A stretch of 64,000 bases of DNA from an uncultured Planctomycetales bacterium (GTDB lineage: Bacteria; Planctomycetota; Phycisphaerae; UBA1845; PWPN01): positions 3,573 to 67,572 of the forward strand of contig CAZJTF010000002.1 of NCBI GenBank assembly GCA_964548565.1. The letters run 5' to 3'. The position numbers were made by a program, and so were the translations under genes. The notes under the pieces are model-generated. The model had not been told where the DNA came from, did no database searches, and was given only the letters and a program-made list of their open reading frames with translations. Below are positions 46,101-54,654 of the stretch, piece after piece (position 1 is the first letter of the stretch; each line of letters begins with the position of its first letter).

Positions 46101-49100
46101 ACATCATCGTGGCGGCCGGTGCGAACGGCGTGCTCGATACGACGCCGAACCCGAACGGCAACGACATGGTCAGCCTCGACGGCCTGAGCATCGTGGAGCC
46201 GCAGCGGGCGGCGGAGACGGCAGCGGGCGGCGACGACGTGCAGGTGGTCGCGGTGGGCGCGGTGCCGACGCCCGGCGAAGTGATCGTGACGAGCGGGCCC
46301 AACGGCGTGCTGGAGTCCACGCCGGCGGGCAACGACGTGATCACCGGGCCGGGCTACGCGTGCCAGAACGGCTGCCCCGGGGGCGCTTGCAAGCAGATTG
46401 AAGTCCTGACCAGCATGAAAGGGGTCGCCAATGACCCCGCGGCGGCGCGATTCTGGGTACTGATGACGGACGCCCCCATCGACCGCGGGGCGGATCTCGA
46501 CGACATCGTGCTGACGGCGGGCGAAACGTACACGCTCGCGTACGTGCAGGACAGGGACAACGACGGGCTGTTCGCGTGTGAAGAGTACCTGTACGGGAGT
46601 TCCGACCGGCGGATCAACACGGACGGCTGCCCCGACCCGCAGAATTCCACGAACTTCATCTGCAATCACCCCAGCTGCCAGGGATTCGACACGGACTGCC
46701 TCACCGATTTCCAGGAGGTCAAGGTCGGCTGGGAGGTGAGCGTGGAGGGGCGGCCGGGGTACAAGAGCTACGCGAGCCCGGCCTGGCCCGATACGGATGC
46801 GGACGGCATTCTCGATCACGACGAGCGGGTCTACGGCACCGACCCGATGAAGCGCGACACCGACGGCGACGGCATCCCGGACGGCGAGGAGATCAAGGGT
46901 TATGCCGTGCTGGGGAAGGATCGCAAGACGGTGCTGCGGTACATCGACGCGTACGAAACGCTGGTGATCGTCGACGGCGGGGATGGTGTGATCGACACGC
47001 CGCTGGCCGGTGACGACGTCCTCGCGAATCGCAACAAGTGCTCGGCGGCGGCCTCAAACGCGGAGGCGTCGTGCCTCACCGACGTGGACTGCCCCGGCGG
47101 GACTTGCGTCGCGGCCGGGCCGCCGCTGGTCGGGGCGATCGTCATCATCCCGGGCCCGAACGGCGTGCTGGAGAGCCTCCCCGCCGGGGACGACCGCACA
47201 GAGCTGAGCCAGGTGATTCTGGACGGCGGCAACGGCACAGTGGAAACCACGCCGGTGCCCGACGACGCATACTCGGCCGGCGCCGGCAGGACGCTGGTGA
47301 AGGTGAAATTCGCCAGCTACAACGCCGGTGCGGACGATTGTGACGCGGACAATGCCGTCGAGGGCGTCTGCAGCGATACGTCGAGCAATGCCAACGCGCG
47401 GTGCACGGTCGCCCAGCAGGCGACGCAATGCCCCCCGGTCCCTCCGACGTGCGATCTGAGCGCCCGCACCTGCTCGGGCGGCGGCAACAACGGTGCTCTC
47501 TGCACGTCGAGCGGCGACTGTCCCGGCGGCAGCTGCCTGGGGGTCTGCGTGAATGCAGCCATCGGGAATCCGTGCGCGGACGACTCAAGCTGCGCGCCGA
47601 TGGCGACGTCCTGCGAAATCCCTTCGAAGACATGCGTCGGCGGCATCAACACCGGCGACGAATGCACCGTGCCGGCGGACTGCCCCGGCGGCACCTGCGT
47701 CCAGCAGCCGAACCTGCTGCCGAGGGGCGAGTACAACATGGAATTCACCGTCACCAGGGACGGTGAGACGGTGCTCGAGGCGAGCTACCCGATGGTGTCC
47801 ATCAACGGCGGAGAAGGAACGGTGATACTCGGCGACACCGCGGAGTTCCAGCTCAGCGCGGGAGAAAGCTTCACCGTATCGGCCGTGTTTACCGAGGTCG
47901 ATCCGCCGGAGCAGGCATTCGAGGACGCGCTGCCGGGAAATGATCCGCCGGTGACGTGGAGCGTGACGCGGACGTTCGCGTTCAGCCAGCTCGCCAAGAA
48001 TTCGTCGCAGGACTACGAAGTCGACGGGCCGAACGGCGGGTGCCTGGAGGATGACACCTTCACGTACAACATCGCGGTCGGCGGCACCGTGAGGCCGGGC
48101 GGCGTGATGGTCGTGCCGGGGGCGAACGGGCGGCTCAATACCACGACGCCGGGCGGGGACGACTTCAAGGCCGTCCCCCACGCCGCCTTCTTCGCGACTG
48201 ACCCGCTCAACCGCGACACGGACGGCGACACGCTTCCGGACGGTCTCGAGCGGGCGCTGGGCGCCAATCCGAACGATCCGTCCGATGTCGGGCGGTTCCG
48301 GGATTCCGATCACGACGGGCTGACCGACGGGGAGGAGTCGGATGGTTGGTTCATCGGCTACCGGGACAACGGCGGTGCGATTCTCTGCCGGAACGGCGAC
48401 GGCGACTTCGTGGTCGTCCCCGACCCGGCGCGCCCGCCGGCGGCGTGCGTGATCGTCACGTCAGACCCGCTGGAGGCGGACACCGATCACGACCGGCTGC
48501 CGGACGCGCTCGAGATGGTGCTGCGGACGGATCCGCGCAGCCGCGACACGGACGGCGACAGTCTGTTGGATTACGACGAATTCGATTCCTCGTCGTCGTC
48601 GAGTATCGCGTACACCGATTTCCGGGATTTCGGCGAGATCTGCGGCGCGGCGGAACGTTGCTCGTACAACGGATCCGACTCGAAGAAATACGGGACGAGC
48701 CTGGCGAGGATGGATACGGACGGGGACGGGCTGTCTGACCCGGAGGAGGTGTTCGGCGGCTGGGTGGTCTCGCCGTGCGAGATGGTCCCGCGTTACGTGC
48801 AGAGCAACCCGCGGGAAGCGGACGCGGATCTGGACGGCTGGCTCGACGGGCGCGAGCAGTTGGAGGCCACGGACCCCAACTCGGCGGACACGGATGAAGA
48901 CATGACCCAGGCCGGCGGCGGAATCGACAGCAGCGATCCTTTCCCGTCCTCGTGCGGCAAGCTGCTGCTCGTCAGCATCGTCAGCTGGAACGTCGGCGGG
49001 GACGACTGCGATTCGGGCGTCAAGTACGAGGGCGACTTTACGTTTCACTTCGAGGTGCGCGTCGACGGCGACCTGATCACGCAGTGGAACAGCGGCGGCG

Positions 49101-49360
49101 AGGTCGAAATCGACGAAGGCGATTCGTACTCGTTCGGCCTGAAGACGGAGCAGTTCGCCATGACGCCGGGGCAGACGCTCACCGTCTCAGGGTATACGGA
49201 CGAGATTGACGTCAGCGCCATCGACGAGCCACCGACCTGGAGCTTCTCGAGGAGTTTCACGTATTCCGTCGTGACTAATGGCGACAATTCGTTCCAGACC
49301 GGTCCGGACTGCTTCTCGGATGACACGATCACCTTCCGCATCCAGGTGGTCGGCGGGTGA
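43184..49360 (+). CDS. Giant lipoprotein: SbsA-type Ig domains, TSP3-like Ca-binding repeats, PA/binary-toxin-B-like core, AAGDD repeats, Cys-rich DCPGGTC repeats, duplicated C-terminal beta-sandwich domain
   Basis: 2058 aa with lipobox LLLIPIASC. There are three ~100-aa domains of the type VLRAVALSNTSVQVTFSEEM / VLGAMAVTSTSVVVSFSEPL / IVAAISTGNTTVAVTFSRPM, and more than 15 DxDxDGxxDxxE repeats. See the findings for the PA-like segment at 44267-45600. Confidence 0.85.
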   Translation: MTRERLTRWSMAALLLIPIASCDVQNLPSLFPWTSKPAGAPTVLRAVALSNTSVQVTFSEEMEESCGGVGFYRITPGLAITAGARDEGGTTVTLTTGAQKDLPYTLEVGAMLSAAGQMLDPAKSGATFYGIATPDTAPPRVLGAMAVTSTSVVVSFSEPLDDSALNVSAYRITSASDGARLPVAGAALNATRTEVMLATSAQAGVEYALVVTNLADQAGNVIADANTASFAGIPAETVVQLPRIVAAISTGNTTVAVTFSRPMADTAAQGGNYAIVQKNVVSEAAGLIVTGAQFLRSDRTVVQLTTMSQSQVTYELTVAGVTDIEGNPMAPRQTGVGGIYDPSVATFAGTGATVGGETGLTDTDGDGLPDSVEQKGWVVVVVRDDGSSERSDVSSDPTVKDTDGDGLDDREERRGATDPRNPDTDADTISDSDEVNLYYSSPIHQDTDEDQLADHWELTLYRTSLIRSDTDGDGFKDAEEVSTMNRDPRIADLPRPRIDVGDTALRLDTRFTFTDKQGVTRSSQKSSSTELQESESRTLSFTDTQTTTNTVQIGTKVGGEHSWGLQGGDGVGGFSNKFTYEVSAGYTYTDEKTSTVNRQSTESSQQTYNDSLTTSESVDETQEVQRQVVGAQMSALVKIGNIGDTAFTMSQLEITAMQQDPENKERFLPVATLVPASQLTTGQIPSYTTGPFVPERGPFVFTSREVFPSLVEDLMRNPRGLLFKVANFNVTDEFGRNFAFVSQTVNDRTAGLTIDYGNGKVDRLRVATNGCIDERTGAYIGGFDERGRETGLPLGYVLQQMRGLPKNAPANAITVGDDGCAQSWAAGDDIQLVTPICPPVAPGGVIVTSGPNGRLESIPAGDDLRSGDSVIDGGDGCAHTVAAGDDMTVVQGACATGDSGLVVLAGPNGVLDSTPRGDDQRAEINGYGTSVVSRCDGNTIEVVVEPVNLHAQTRAAGDDVQVVAYGAPVLPGDIIVAAGANGVLDTTPNPNGNDMVSLDGLSIVEPQRAAETAAGGDDVQVVAVGAVPTPGEVIVTSGPNGVLESTPAGNDVITGPGYACQNGCPGGACKQIEVLTSMKGVANDPAAARFWVLMTDAPIDRGADLDDIVLTAGETYTLAYVQDRDNDGLFACEEYLYGSSDRRINTDGCPDPQNSTNFICNHPSCQGFDTDCLTDFQEVKVGWEVSVEGRPGYKSYASPAWPDTDADGILDHDERVYGTDPMKRDTDGDGIPDGEEIKGYAVLGKDRKTVLRYIDAYETLVIVDGGDGVIDTPLAGDDVLANRNKCSAAASNAEASCLTDVDCPGGTCVAAGPPLVGAIVIIPGPNGVLESLPAGDDRTELSQVILDGGNGTVETTPVPDDAYSAGAGRTLVKVKFASYNAGADDCDADNAVEGVCSDTSSNANARCTVAQQATQCPPVPPTCDLSARTCSGGGNNGALCTSSGDCPGGSCLGVCVNAAIGNPCADDSSCAPMATSCEIPSKTCVGGINTGDECTVPADCPGGTCVQQPNLLPRGEYNMEFTVTRDGETVLEASYPMVSINGGEGTVILGDTAEFQLSAGESFTVSAVFTEVDPPEQAFEDALPGNDPPVTWSVTRTFAFSQLAKNSSQDYEVDGPNGGCLEDDTFTYNIAVGGTVRPGGVMVVPGANGRLNTTTPGGDDFKAVPHAAFFATDPLNRDTDGDTLPDGLERALGANPNDPSDVGRFRDSDHDGLTDGEESDGWFIGYRDNGGAILCRNGDGDFVVVPDPARPPAACVIVTSDPLEADTDHDRLPDALEMVLRTDPRSRDTDGDSLLDYDEFDSSSSSSIAYTDFRDFGEICGAAERCSYNGSDSKKYGTSLARMDTDGDGLSDPEEVFGGWVVSPCEMVPRYVQSNPREADADLDGWLDGREQLEATDPNSADTDEDMTQAGGGIDSSDPFPSSCGKLLLVSIVSWNVGGDDCDSGVKYEGDFTFHFEVRVDGDLITQWNSGGEVEIDEGDSYSFGLKTEQFAMTPGQTLTVSGYTDEIDVSAIDEPPTWSFSRSFTYSVVTNGDNSFQTGPDCFSDDTITFRIQVVGG

Positions 49361-49423
49361 GGGCGGCCGGTCCGGCGGGGAGTGCGGCACTATGATGGTG
49401 AGGCCCGCTGGGGCGGGGATCGC

Positions 49424-49452
49424 TTGACAGGCGCGGGGGAAGGCCCAATGAT
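49424..49452 (+). promoter_or_regulatory. Candidate promoter of the aldolase leader
   Basis: A perfect TTGACA (49424-49429), 17 nt, then AATGAT (49447-49452). An alternative -10, GATAAT, lies at 49494-49499. Confidence 0.3.
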
Positions 49453-49532
49453 GCTGGAGAGGCTGGCGGCTCAAGTGCCGCCGGACCTCGTTCGATAATT
49501 TGAGAACGCGATCGCAGGGTACCGGCCGGAAA

Positions 49533-49601
49533 GGCCAGGCGTTGGCTGCGATCGCCACGAGGCCGATCGGATTCGCCCGGGCCAGACACCAACGCCTGGC
49601 C
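49533..49601 (+). promoter_or_regulatory. 13-bp perfect inverted repeat (candidate antiterminator helix)
   Basis: GGCCAGGCGTTGG (49533-49545) and CCAACGCCTGGCC (49589-49601) are separated by 43 nt. The 3' arm overlaps the 5' arm of the downstream terminator by 4 nt. Confidence 0.4.
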
Positions 49602-49632
49602 GGGTGGGCGAAACCGACCGGCCTTTGTTTTT
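49598..49632 (+). terminator. Rho-independent terminator between the giant gene and the aldolase gene
   Basis: Stem GGCCGG (49598-49603) / CCGGCC (49618-49623) with a 14-nt loop, then TTTGTTTTT (49624-49632). The aldolase ATG is 71 nt downstream. Confidence 0.55.
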
Positions 49633-49702
49633 AGATGGTCAGCGCGGTCGGGCGGGTCTGCCTGTTCGGAAGGCCGCGGCTCCTGGAGAAGGCGAGGACA
49701 CG

Positions 49703-50743
49703 ATGCGGCGGATCTCCCGGAAAAAGCTGGGGCGCCTCGAGCGAATCGCTGATGACAACGGCGTCATCGCCGCGGCCGCCATGGACCAGCGGGGGTCGCT
49801 CCGCAAGTCCATCGCCAAAGAAATGGGCGTCGAGCCGGCGCAGGTCACGCCGCAGCAGATGTCGGAGTTCAAGGCGGCCGTCAGCCGGGTGCTGACGCCG
49901 CACGCGTCGGCCATCCTGCTCGACACGGAATACGGCCAGGAGGCGATCGAGGCCCGGGCTGCCGGAACGGGGCTGCTGCTGGCGTACGAGAAGACCGGTT
50001 ACGACAACACGCAACCCGGACGGCTCGGCGACCTGATCGAGGACCTGAGCGTCCAGCGGATGATCGGGCACGAGGGCGACGCGGTGAAGCTCCTGCTGTA
50101 CTACAGCGCGCAGGAGAAGCCGGAGATCAACGACATCAAGCACGCGTGGGTCGAGCGGATCGGCGCGGAATGCGCGGCGGAGGAGATGCCGCTCTTTATG
50201 GAGGTGGTCGCGTACGATCCCGGCGACGGGAGCGAGAAATCGCTGGAGTTCGCGAAGAAGAAGCCCGAGATGGTGATGGCCTACATGCGCGAGTTTTCGC
50301 GACCGCAGTACCGCGTCGACGTGCTGAAGGTCGAGTTTCCGTTCAACATTGCATTCGTGAAGGGCTCGCGGGCCAACAAGACGGGCGAGGTCGCGTACGA
50401 TCAGGCGCAGGCGCAGGACTACATCGCGAAGGCAGCGGCCGCAACGCACCTGCCGTTCATCTACCTGTCGGCCGGGGTGGACGATGACGTTTTCCGCGAG
50501 TCGCTCGAAATGGCGGGCGCAGCGGGCGTGTCGTTCGGCGGCGTGCTCTGCGGGCGCGCGACCTGGAAGGACGGGATTCCGGTTTACGCGAAGCGCGGCG
50601 TCAAGGCGCTGGAAGACTGGCTCGCGGACCGGGGCGTGAAGAATATCGAGGCGCTGAACGCCACGCTGCGGCAGACGGCCAAGCCGTGGTATCACAAGCT
50701 CGGCGGACGCGACAAGCTGGAGGTCGTGGAACGCACGGCGTAG
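49703..50743 (+). CDS. lacD: Class I tagatose-1,6-bisphosphate aldolase (LacD family)
   Basis: From MRRISRKKLGRLERIADDNGVIAAAAMDQRGSLRK...ASAILLDTEYG...GLLLAYEKTGYD...AVKLLLYY...RVDVLKVEFP...THLPFIYLSAGV...GVLCGRATW. This is collinear with staphylococcal LacD as I remember it. Confidence 0.85.
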   Translation: MRRISRKKLGRLERIADDNGVIAAAAMDQRGSLRKSIAKEMGVEPAQVTPQQMSEFKAAVSRVLTPHASAILLDTEYGQEAIEARAAGTGLLLAYEKTGYDNTQPGRLGDLIEDLSVQRMIGHEGDAVKLLLYYSAQEKPEINDIKHAWVERIGAECAAEEMPLFMEVVAYDPGDGSEKSLEFAKKKPEMVMAYMREFSRPQYRVDVLKVEFPFNIAFVKGSRANKTGEVAYDQAQAQDYIAKAAAATHLPFIYLSAGVDDDVFRESLEMAGAAGVSFGGVLCGRATWKDGIPVYAKRGVKALEDWLADRGVKNIEALNATLRQTAKPWYHKLGGRDKLEVVERTA

Positions 50744-50861
50744 TCAACGGCGCGGGCGCCCCGGCGCGGGGCGCGGACCGCGGCAGGCATCACGGAGCAA
50801 CAGCCCCCGATCCCGCCTCCTGAGGCAGGGTCGCTTATTCACCAGAGAGGAGTCGTCACTC

Positions 50862-52406
50862 ATGGCCGACGAGGAATTGCTGGACCAGGACGCGGAAGAG
50901 ACTGAAGAAGGCGAAGGTGCAGCTGAAGGCGCGGAGAAGTCCCTCCAGGAGAAGCTGAAGGAGGCGATCGACGTCAAGACCGACGACGTCGGCCCGCTTC
51001 GCAAGAAGCTCACCGTGACGGTGCCGGAGGCGACGATCGGCGAGCAGCTCGACCAGCAGTACGGCGACCTGCGCCGCGACGCGAACGTCCCGGGCTTCCG
51101 CAAGGGCAGGGCCCCGCGGCGTCTCCTCGAAAAGCGCTTCGGGACGGAGGTGGGCGAGACGCTGGTGCAGCAACTCGTCACGAACTCGTACATGGCGGCC
51201 ATCGAGCGGCTGGATCTCAAGGTTGTCGGCGACCCGCTGCTCTGGGTGAAGGAGGAAAACGGCGAGACACTGGTGGACGTCCAGAAGGCCATCGAAACGA
51301 TGAAGCTGCCGAAGGAGGGCGACCTGGTCTACGCGTGCGAGGTCGAGATCCGGCCGGAGTTCGAGCTGCCGGAGATCGAGGGCATCCCGGTCGAGAAGCC
51401 GACGCTGACCGTGAGCGACGAGCAGGTCGAGAGCACGATCGACCGGTTGCGGCGCAACATGGGCACGTTCGTGCCGGTGCTGCAGGGCGGCGTCGAGGCG
51501 GACGATGTGATCCTGGCCGACATCAAGATCACGTCCGGCGAAACCGTCCTGCAGGAGCAGGAGAACGTCCGCCTGGCGGCGCGACCGCAGGTGGTGGACG
51601 GCGTGGTGCTCGACAACCTCGGCGAGGTGCTGAAGGACGCAACGACCGGCCAGACGCGGACAATCTCCGGCACGATTCCGGACGACTACGCGAAGCAGGA
51701 TTTCCGCGGCAAGCAGGCGGATTTCGAGATCAAGGTCCGCGAGATCCAGCGGCTGCAGATGCCCGAGCTCGACGAGCGCCTGCTGCACAGCCTGGGCTTC
51801 GATTCACAGGAAGAGCTGCGGAAATGGGTCCGCGCCGACATGGAGAGCCGCATCGGCGAGGAGGTCCGGCGCGGGATGCGTGGGCAGGTCTATAACTATC
51901 TGCTCGAGAAGACATCCTTCGAGGTGCCGGGGCGGCTGTCCGAGCGCCAGAGCAACCGGGCGCTGGTTCGGCGCATGCTCGACCTGTACCGTGAGGGCGT
52001 CTCGTCCAGCGATGTCGAGAAGCACCTGGATGAGCTGAAGACGGGCGCACAGGAGCAGACCACCCGCGAGCTCAAACTGTTCTTTATCATGGAGAAGCTC
52101 GCGGAGAAGATCGAAGTGGACGTCAGCGAGGGCGAGCTGAACAGCCAGATCGCCGCGATCGCCCAGCGGCAGGGCCGGCGGTTCGACCGCGTGCGGGACG
52201 AGCTGGCGCGCGAGGGCACGCTGGCGATGCTGTTCATGCAGCTCCGCGATGACAAGATTGTCGACCATCTGCTCGAGAAGGCGAACGTGACGGAAAAGAC
52301 GCCGGAGCAGATCACTGCCGAGGCGGAAGCGAAGGAGCCCGAGAAGAAGCCCCGGGCGAAGAAGACACAGAAGAAGGATGCCGACGAGGCGGCCGACGCG
52401 ACGTGA
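50862..52406 (+). CDS. tig: Trigger factor
   Basis: 514 aa. After an acidic N-terminal extension it reads LRKKLTVTVPEATIGEQLDQQYGDLRRDANVPGFRKGRAPRRLLEKRFG (the GFRxGxxP ribosome-binding motif). It is followed directly by clpP genes. Confidence 0.9.
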   Translation: MADEELLDQDAEETEEGEGAAEGAEKSLQEKLKEAIDVKTDDVGPLRKKLTVTVPEATIGEQLDQQYGDLRRDANVPGFRKGRAPRRLLEKRFGTEVGETLVQQLVTNSYMAAIERLDLKVVGDPLLWVKEENGETLVDVQKAIETMKLPKEGDLVYACEVEIRPEFELPEIEGIPVEKPTLTVSDEQVESTIDRLRRNMGTFVPVLQGGVEADDVILADIKITSGETVLQEQENVRLAARPQVVDGVVLDNLGEVLKDATTGQTRTISGTIPDDYAKQDFRGKQADFEIKVREIQRLQMPELDERLLHSLGFDSQEELRKWVRADMESRIGEEVRRGMRGQVYNYLLEKTSFEVPGRLSERQSNRALVRRMLDLYREGVSSSDVEKHLDELKTGAQEQTTRELKLFFIMEKLAEKIEVDVSEGELNSQIAAIAQRQGRRFDRVRDELAREGTLAMLFMQLRDDKIVDHLLEKANVTEKTPEQITAEAEAKEPEKKPRAKKTQKKDADEAADAT

Positions 52407-52479
52407 GTGGAGGTCCGGACAGCGAGCCCGGATCCTGACAAGCGCCGCCGGGCCTGTCGCGGCGGCTGGAAAGGATACC

Positions 52480-53103
52480 ATGCAACATCCAGACGATATC
52501 CTGCGGACGGTGAACCAGCAGGCCCCGCCCTACCAGCGGTACCGGGAGATGTCGATCGAGGACATGCTCCTGGAGAACCGCATCATCTTCCTGGCGGGAC
52601 CGATCTCGGACCGGACGGCCAGCATCGTGATCATGCGGCTGCTGTACCTGCAGTCGATCAAGCGGGACCAGCCGATCAACCTCTACATCAACTCGCCGGG
52701 CGGGCTCGTGGACCAGACGCTGGCGATCTACGACACGATGCAGTTCCTGGGCTGCGAGGTGGCGACGTACTGCATCGGGCAGGCCTCGAGCGGGGCCGCG
52801 ATCATCCTGGCGGCGGGGACCAAGGGGCAGCGGTACGCGCTCCCGAACGCCAAGGTGATGCTGCACCAGCCTTACAGCGGGATCACCGGACAGGCCGAGG
52901 ATATCCGCATCCAGGCCGAGGAAGTCCTGAAGGACAAGAAGCTGCTGAACGACATCCTCGCCAAGCACACGGGCCAGGACCCGGAGAAGATCGCGCGGGA
53001 GATCGAGCGCGATCGCTACATGAACGCCCAGGAGGCGCTGGCATACGGGCTGGTGGACGAGATCCTGGTGGATACGGACAAGGATAAGAAGAAGAAAAAG
53101 TAA
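52480..53103 (+). CDS. clpP: ATP-dependent Clp protease proteolytic subunit (copy 1)
   Basis: [13 protein letters not shown]...[25 protein letters not shown]...[15 protein letters not shown]...MLHQP...[21 protein letters not shown]. It ends in a lysine-rich tail DKDKKKKK. Confidence 0.9.
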   Translation: MQHPDDILRTVNQQAPPYQRYREMSIEDMLLENRIIFLAGPISDRTASIVIMRLLYLQSIKRDQPINLYINSPGGLVDQTLAIYDTMQFLGCEVATYCIGQASSGAAIILAAGTKGQRYALPNAKVMLHQPYSGITGQAEDIRIQAEEVLKDKKLLNDILAKHTGQDPEKIAREIERDRYMNAQEALAYGLVDEILVDTDKDKKKKK

Positions 53104-53188
53104 GACAGGCGGAAAAGCGCGGAAACTGGAAGTTTCGCACAACCTACGGCGGATGCCGGCAATGCACCGGCAGGAAGGCCGGGCAGGA

Positions 53189-53827
53189 ATGGCAATGACC
53201 CAAAACAACCTGGTACCGATCGTCATCGAGAAGACCGGACGCGGCGAGCGGGCGTACGATATCTACTCGCGCCTGCTGCGCGACCGGATCGTGTTCCTCG
53301 GCGGCGGGATCGACGACGAAGTGGCCAACCTGATCATCGCCCAGATGCTCTTCCTCTCCAACGAGGATTCGAAATCGCCGATCAGCTTTTACATCAACTC
53401 GCCCGGCGGGTCGGTCACGGCCGGGCTGGCGGTGTACGACACGATGCAGTTCCTGCGCTGCGAGGTGCAGACGTTCTGCGTCGGCATGGCAGCGAGCATG
53501 GGGGCGGTGCTCATGTGCGGCGGCGCCAAGGGCAAGCGGTTCCTGCTGCCGAACTCGCGCATGCTGCTGCACCAACCGCTGATCGGCGGCGTGCTCGAAG
53601 GGCCGGCGACCGACCTCTCCATCGAGGCGAAGGAGATCATCCGCCTGCGCGTGCGGCTCTACGAGATCATCGCCAGGCACAGCGGGCAGCCGCTCGAGCG
53701 GATCGAGCGGGACTGCGACCGCAACAAGTGGCTCGACGCCAACGAGGCGATCGAGTACGGCCTGGCCGACAAGATTCTCGACCGCGCCCCTGAAGTGATC
53801 ACCCGCCCGCGCGACGAGAGCGAGTAA
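53189..53827 (+). CDS. clpP: ATP-dependent Clp protease proteolytic subunit (copy 2)
   Basis: [33 protein letters not shown]...[25 protein letters not shown]...[15 protein letters not shown]...LLHQP...[23 protein letters not shown]. Alternative starts are 53153 and 53195. Confidence 0.9.
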   Translation: MAMTQNNLVPIVIEKTGRGERAYDIYSRLLRDRIVFLGGGIDDEVANLIIAQMLFLSNEDSKSPISFYINSPGGSVTAGLAVYDTMQFLRCEVQTFCVGMAASMGAVLMCGGAKGKRFLLPNSRMLLHQPLIGGVLEGPATDLSIEAKEIIRLRVRLYEIIARHSGQPLERIERDCDRNKWLDANEAIEYGLADKILDRAPEVITRPRDESE

Positions 53828-53895
53828 CTGCACTGCGGAGCCGTGCGGCGCCGGCGATTTGCGCCGCGCGGCCTGCGAAGAACCGAGGCAACACC

Positions 53896-54552
53896 GTGAG
53901 ATCCGGCCCGTCACTCCTGGGCGTCGTGGCTGTCGCGGCACTGGCCATGCCGGCGTGCAATACGGTGCCGGGCGAGAAGTTTCAGAACGTGCAGCGCGAG
54001 CTTCAGCTCGCCCAGGAGAAGATCCAGCAGCTTGAGCGCCAGGTCCTTGACCAGCAGCAGACGATCCGGTCGCAGCAGGAGCAGGTTGCCACGCTCCGGG
54101 GCGTGAAGACGTCGGACATCGATCAGCTGGTCATCCCGGACAAGATCGAGCTCGAACGGCTCTCGGGGGCGTACGACAATGACGGCAAGCCGGGCGACGA
54201 CGGAATCGTGCTCTACGTGCAGCCGGTAGATCGCGACGGGAGCGTCATCAAGGCCGCGGGCACGATCGACGTCAAACTCGTGGACCTCGCCAACCCGCCG
54301 GACGACATGGTGATCGCGACCTACCACTTCGACCCACCGACCACCCGATCGCTCTGGTACGGGCGGCTGATGACCAACCACTTCACCGTGCGGTGCCCGT
54401 GGCCGCCGAACCGGCTGCCCGAACACCCGGACATCACGGCGCAGGTAACCTTCACCGAGCTGCTCACGGGACGCGTGCTGCAGGCGCAGGGCGTGTTCAA
54501 GGTGAAACTGCCGGGGGCGACCTCTCCTGCCACGGCCGCCGCGGCATTTTGA
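53896..54552 (+). CDS. Lipoprotein with N-terminal coiled coil, function unknown
   Basis: 218 aa with lipobox AALAMPAC. A heptad-rich stretch reads QRELQLAQEKIQQLERQVLDQQQTIRSQQEQVATL. GTG start. Confidence 0.55.
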   Translation: MRSGPSLLGVVAVAALAMPACNTVPGEKFQNVQRELQLAQEKIQQLERQVLDQQQTIRSQQEQVATLRGVKTSDIDQLVIPDKIELERLSGAYDNDGKPGDDGIVLYVQPVDRDGSVIKAAGTIDVKLVDLANPPDDMVIATYHFDPPTTRSLWYGRLMTNHFTVRCPWPPNRLPEHPDITAQVTFTELLTGRVLQAQGVFKVKLPGATSPATAAAAF

Positions 54553-54590
54553 CCGCATTTCGCGCTTCTGCCGGATGGTTCTGCCTCTCC

Positions 54591-54631
54591 GAATGCCGCG
54601 CGGGCTGAAGCCTGCGGCCCCTTCGGCATTC
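54591..54631. terminator. Hairpin between convergent genes (possible bidirectional terminator)
   Basis: GAATGCCG (54591-54598) / CGGCATTC (54624-54631) with a 25-nt structured loop. It lies between the stops at 54552 (+) and 54655 (-). There is no clear T tract. Confidence 0.3.
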
Positions 54632-54654
54632 CGGCAAGCGGCACGTCATTCCCT

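Noticed and set aside
52480-53827. Two adjacent clpP genes with no clpX in the window
   Set aside because: Paired clpP1/clpP2 after tig is common in several phyla. clpX may simply lie elsewhere. This is not unusual enough to report as a finding.
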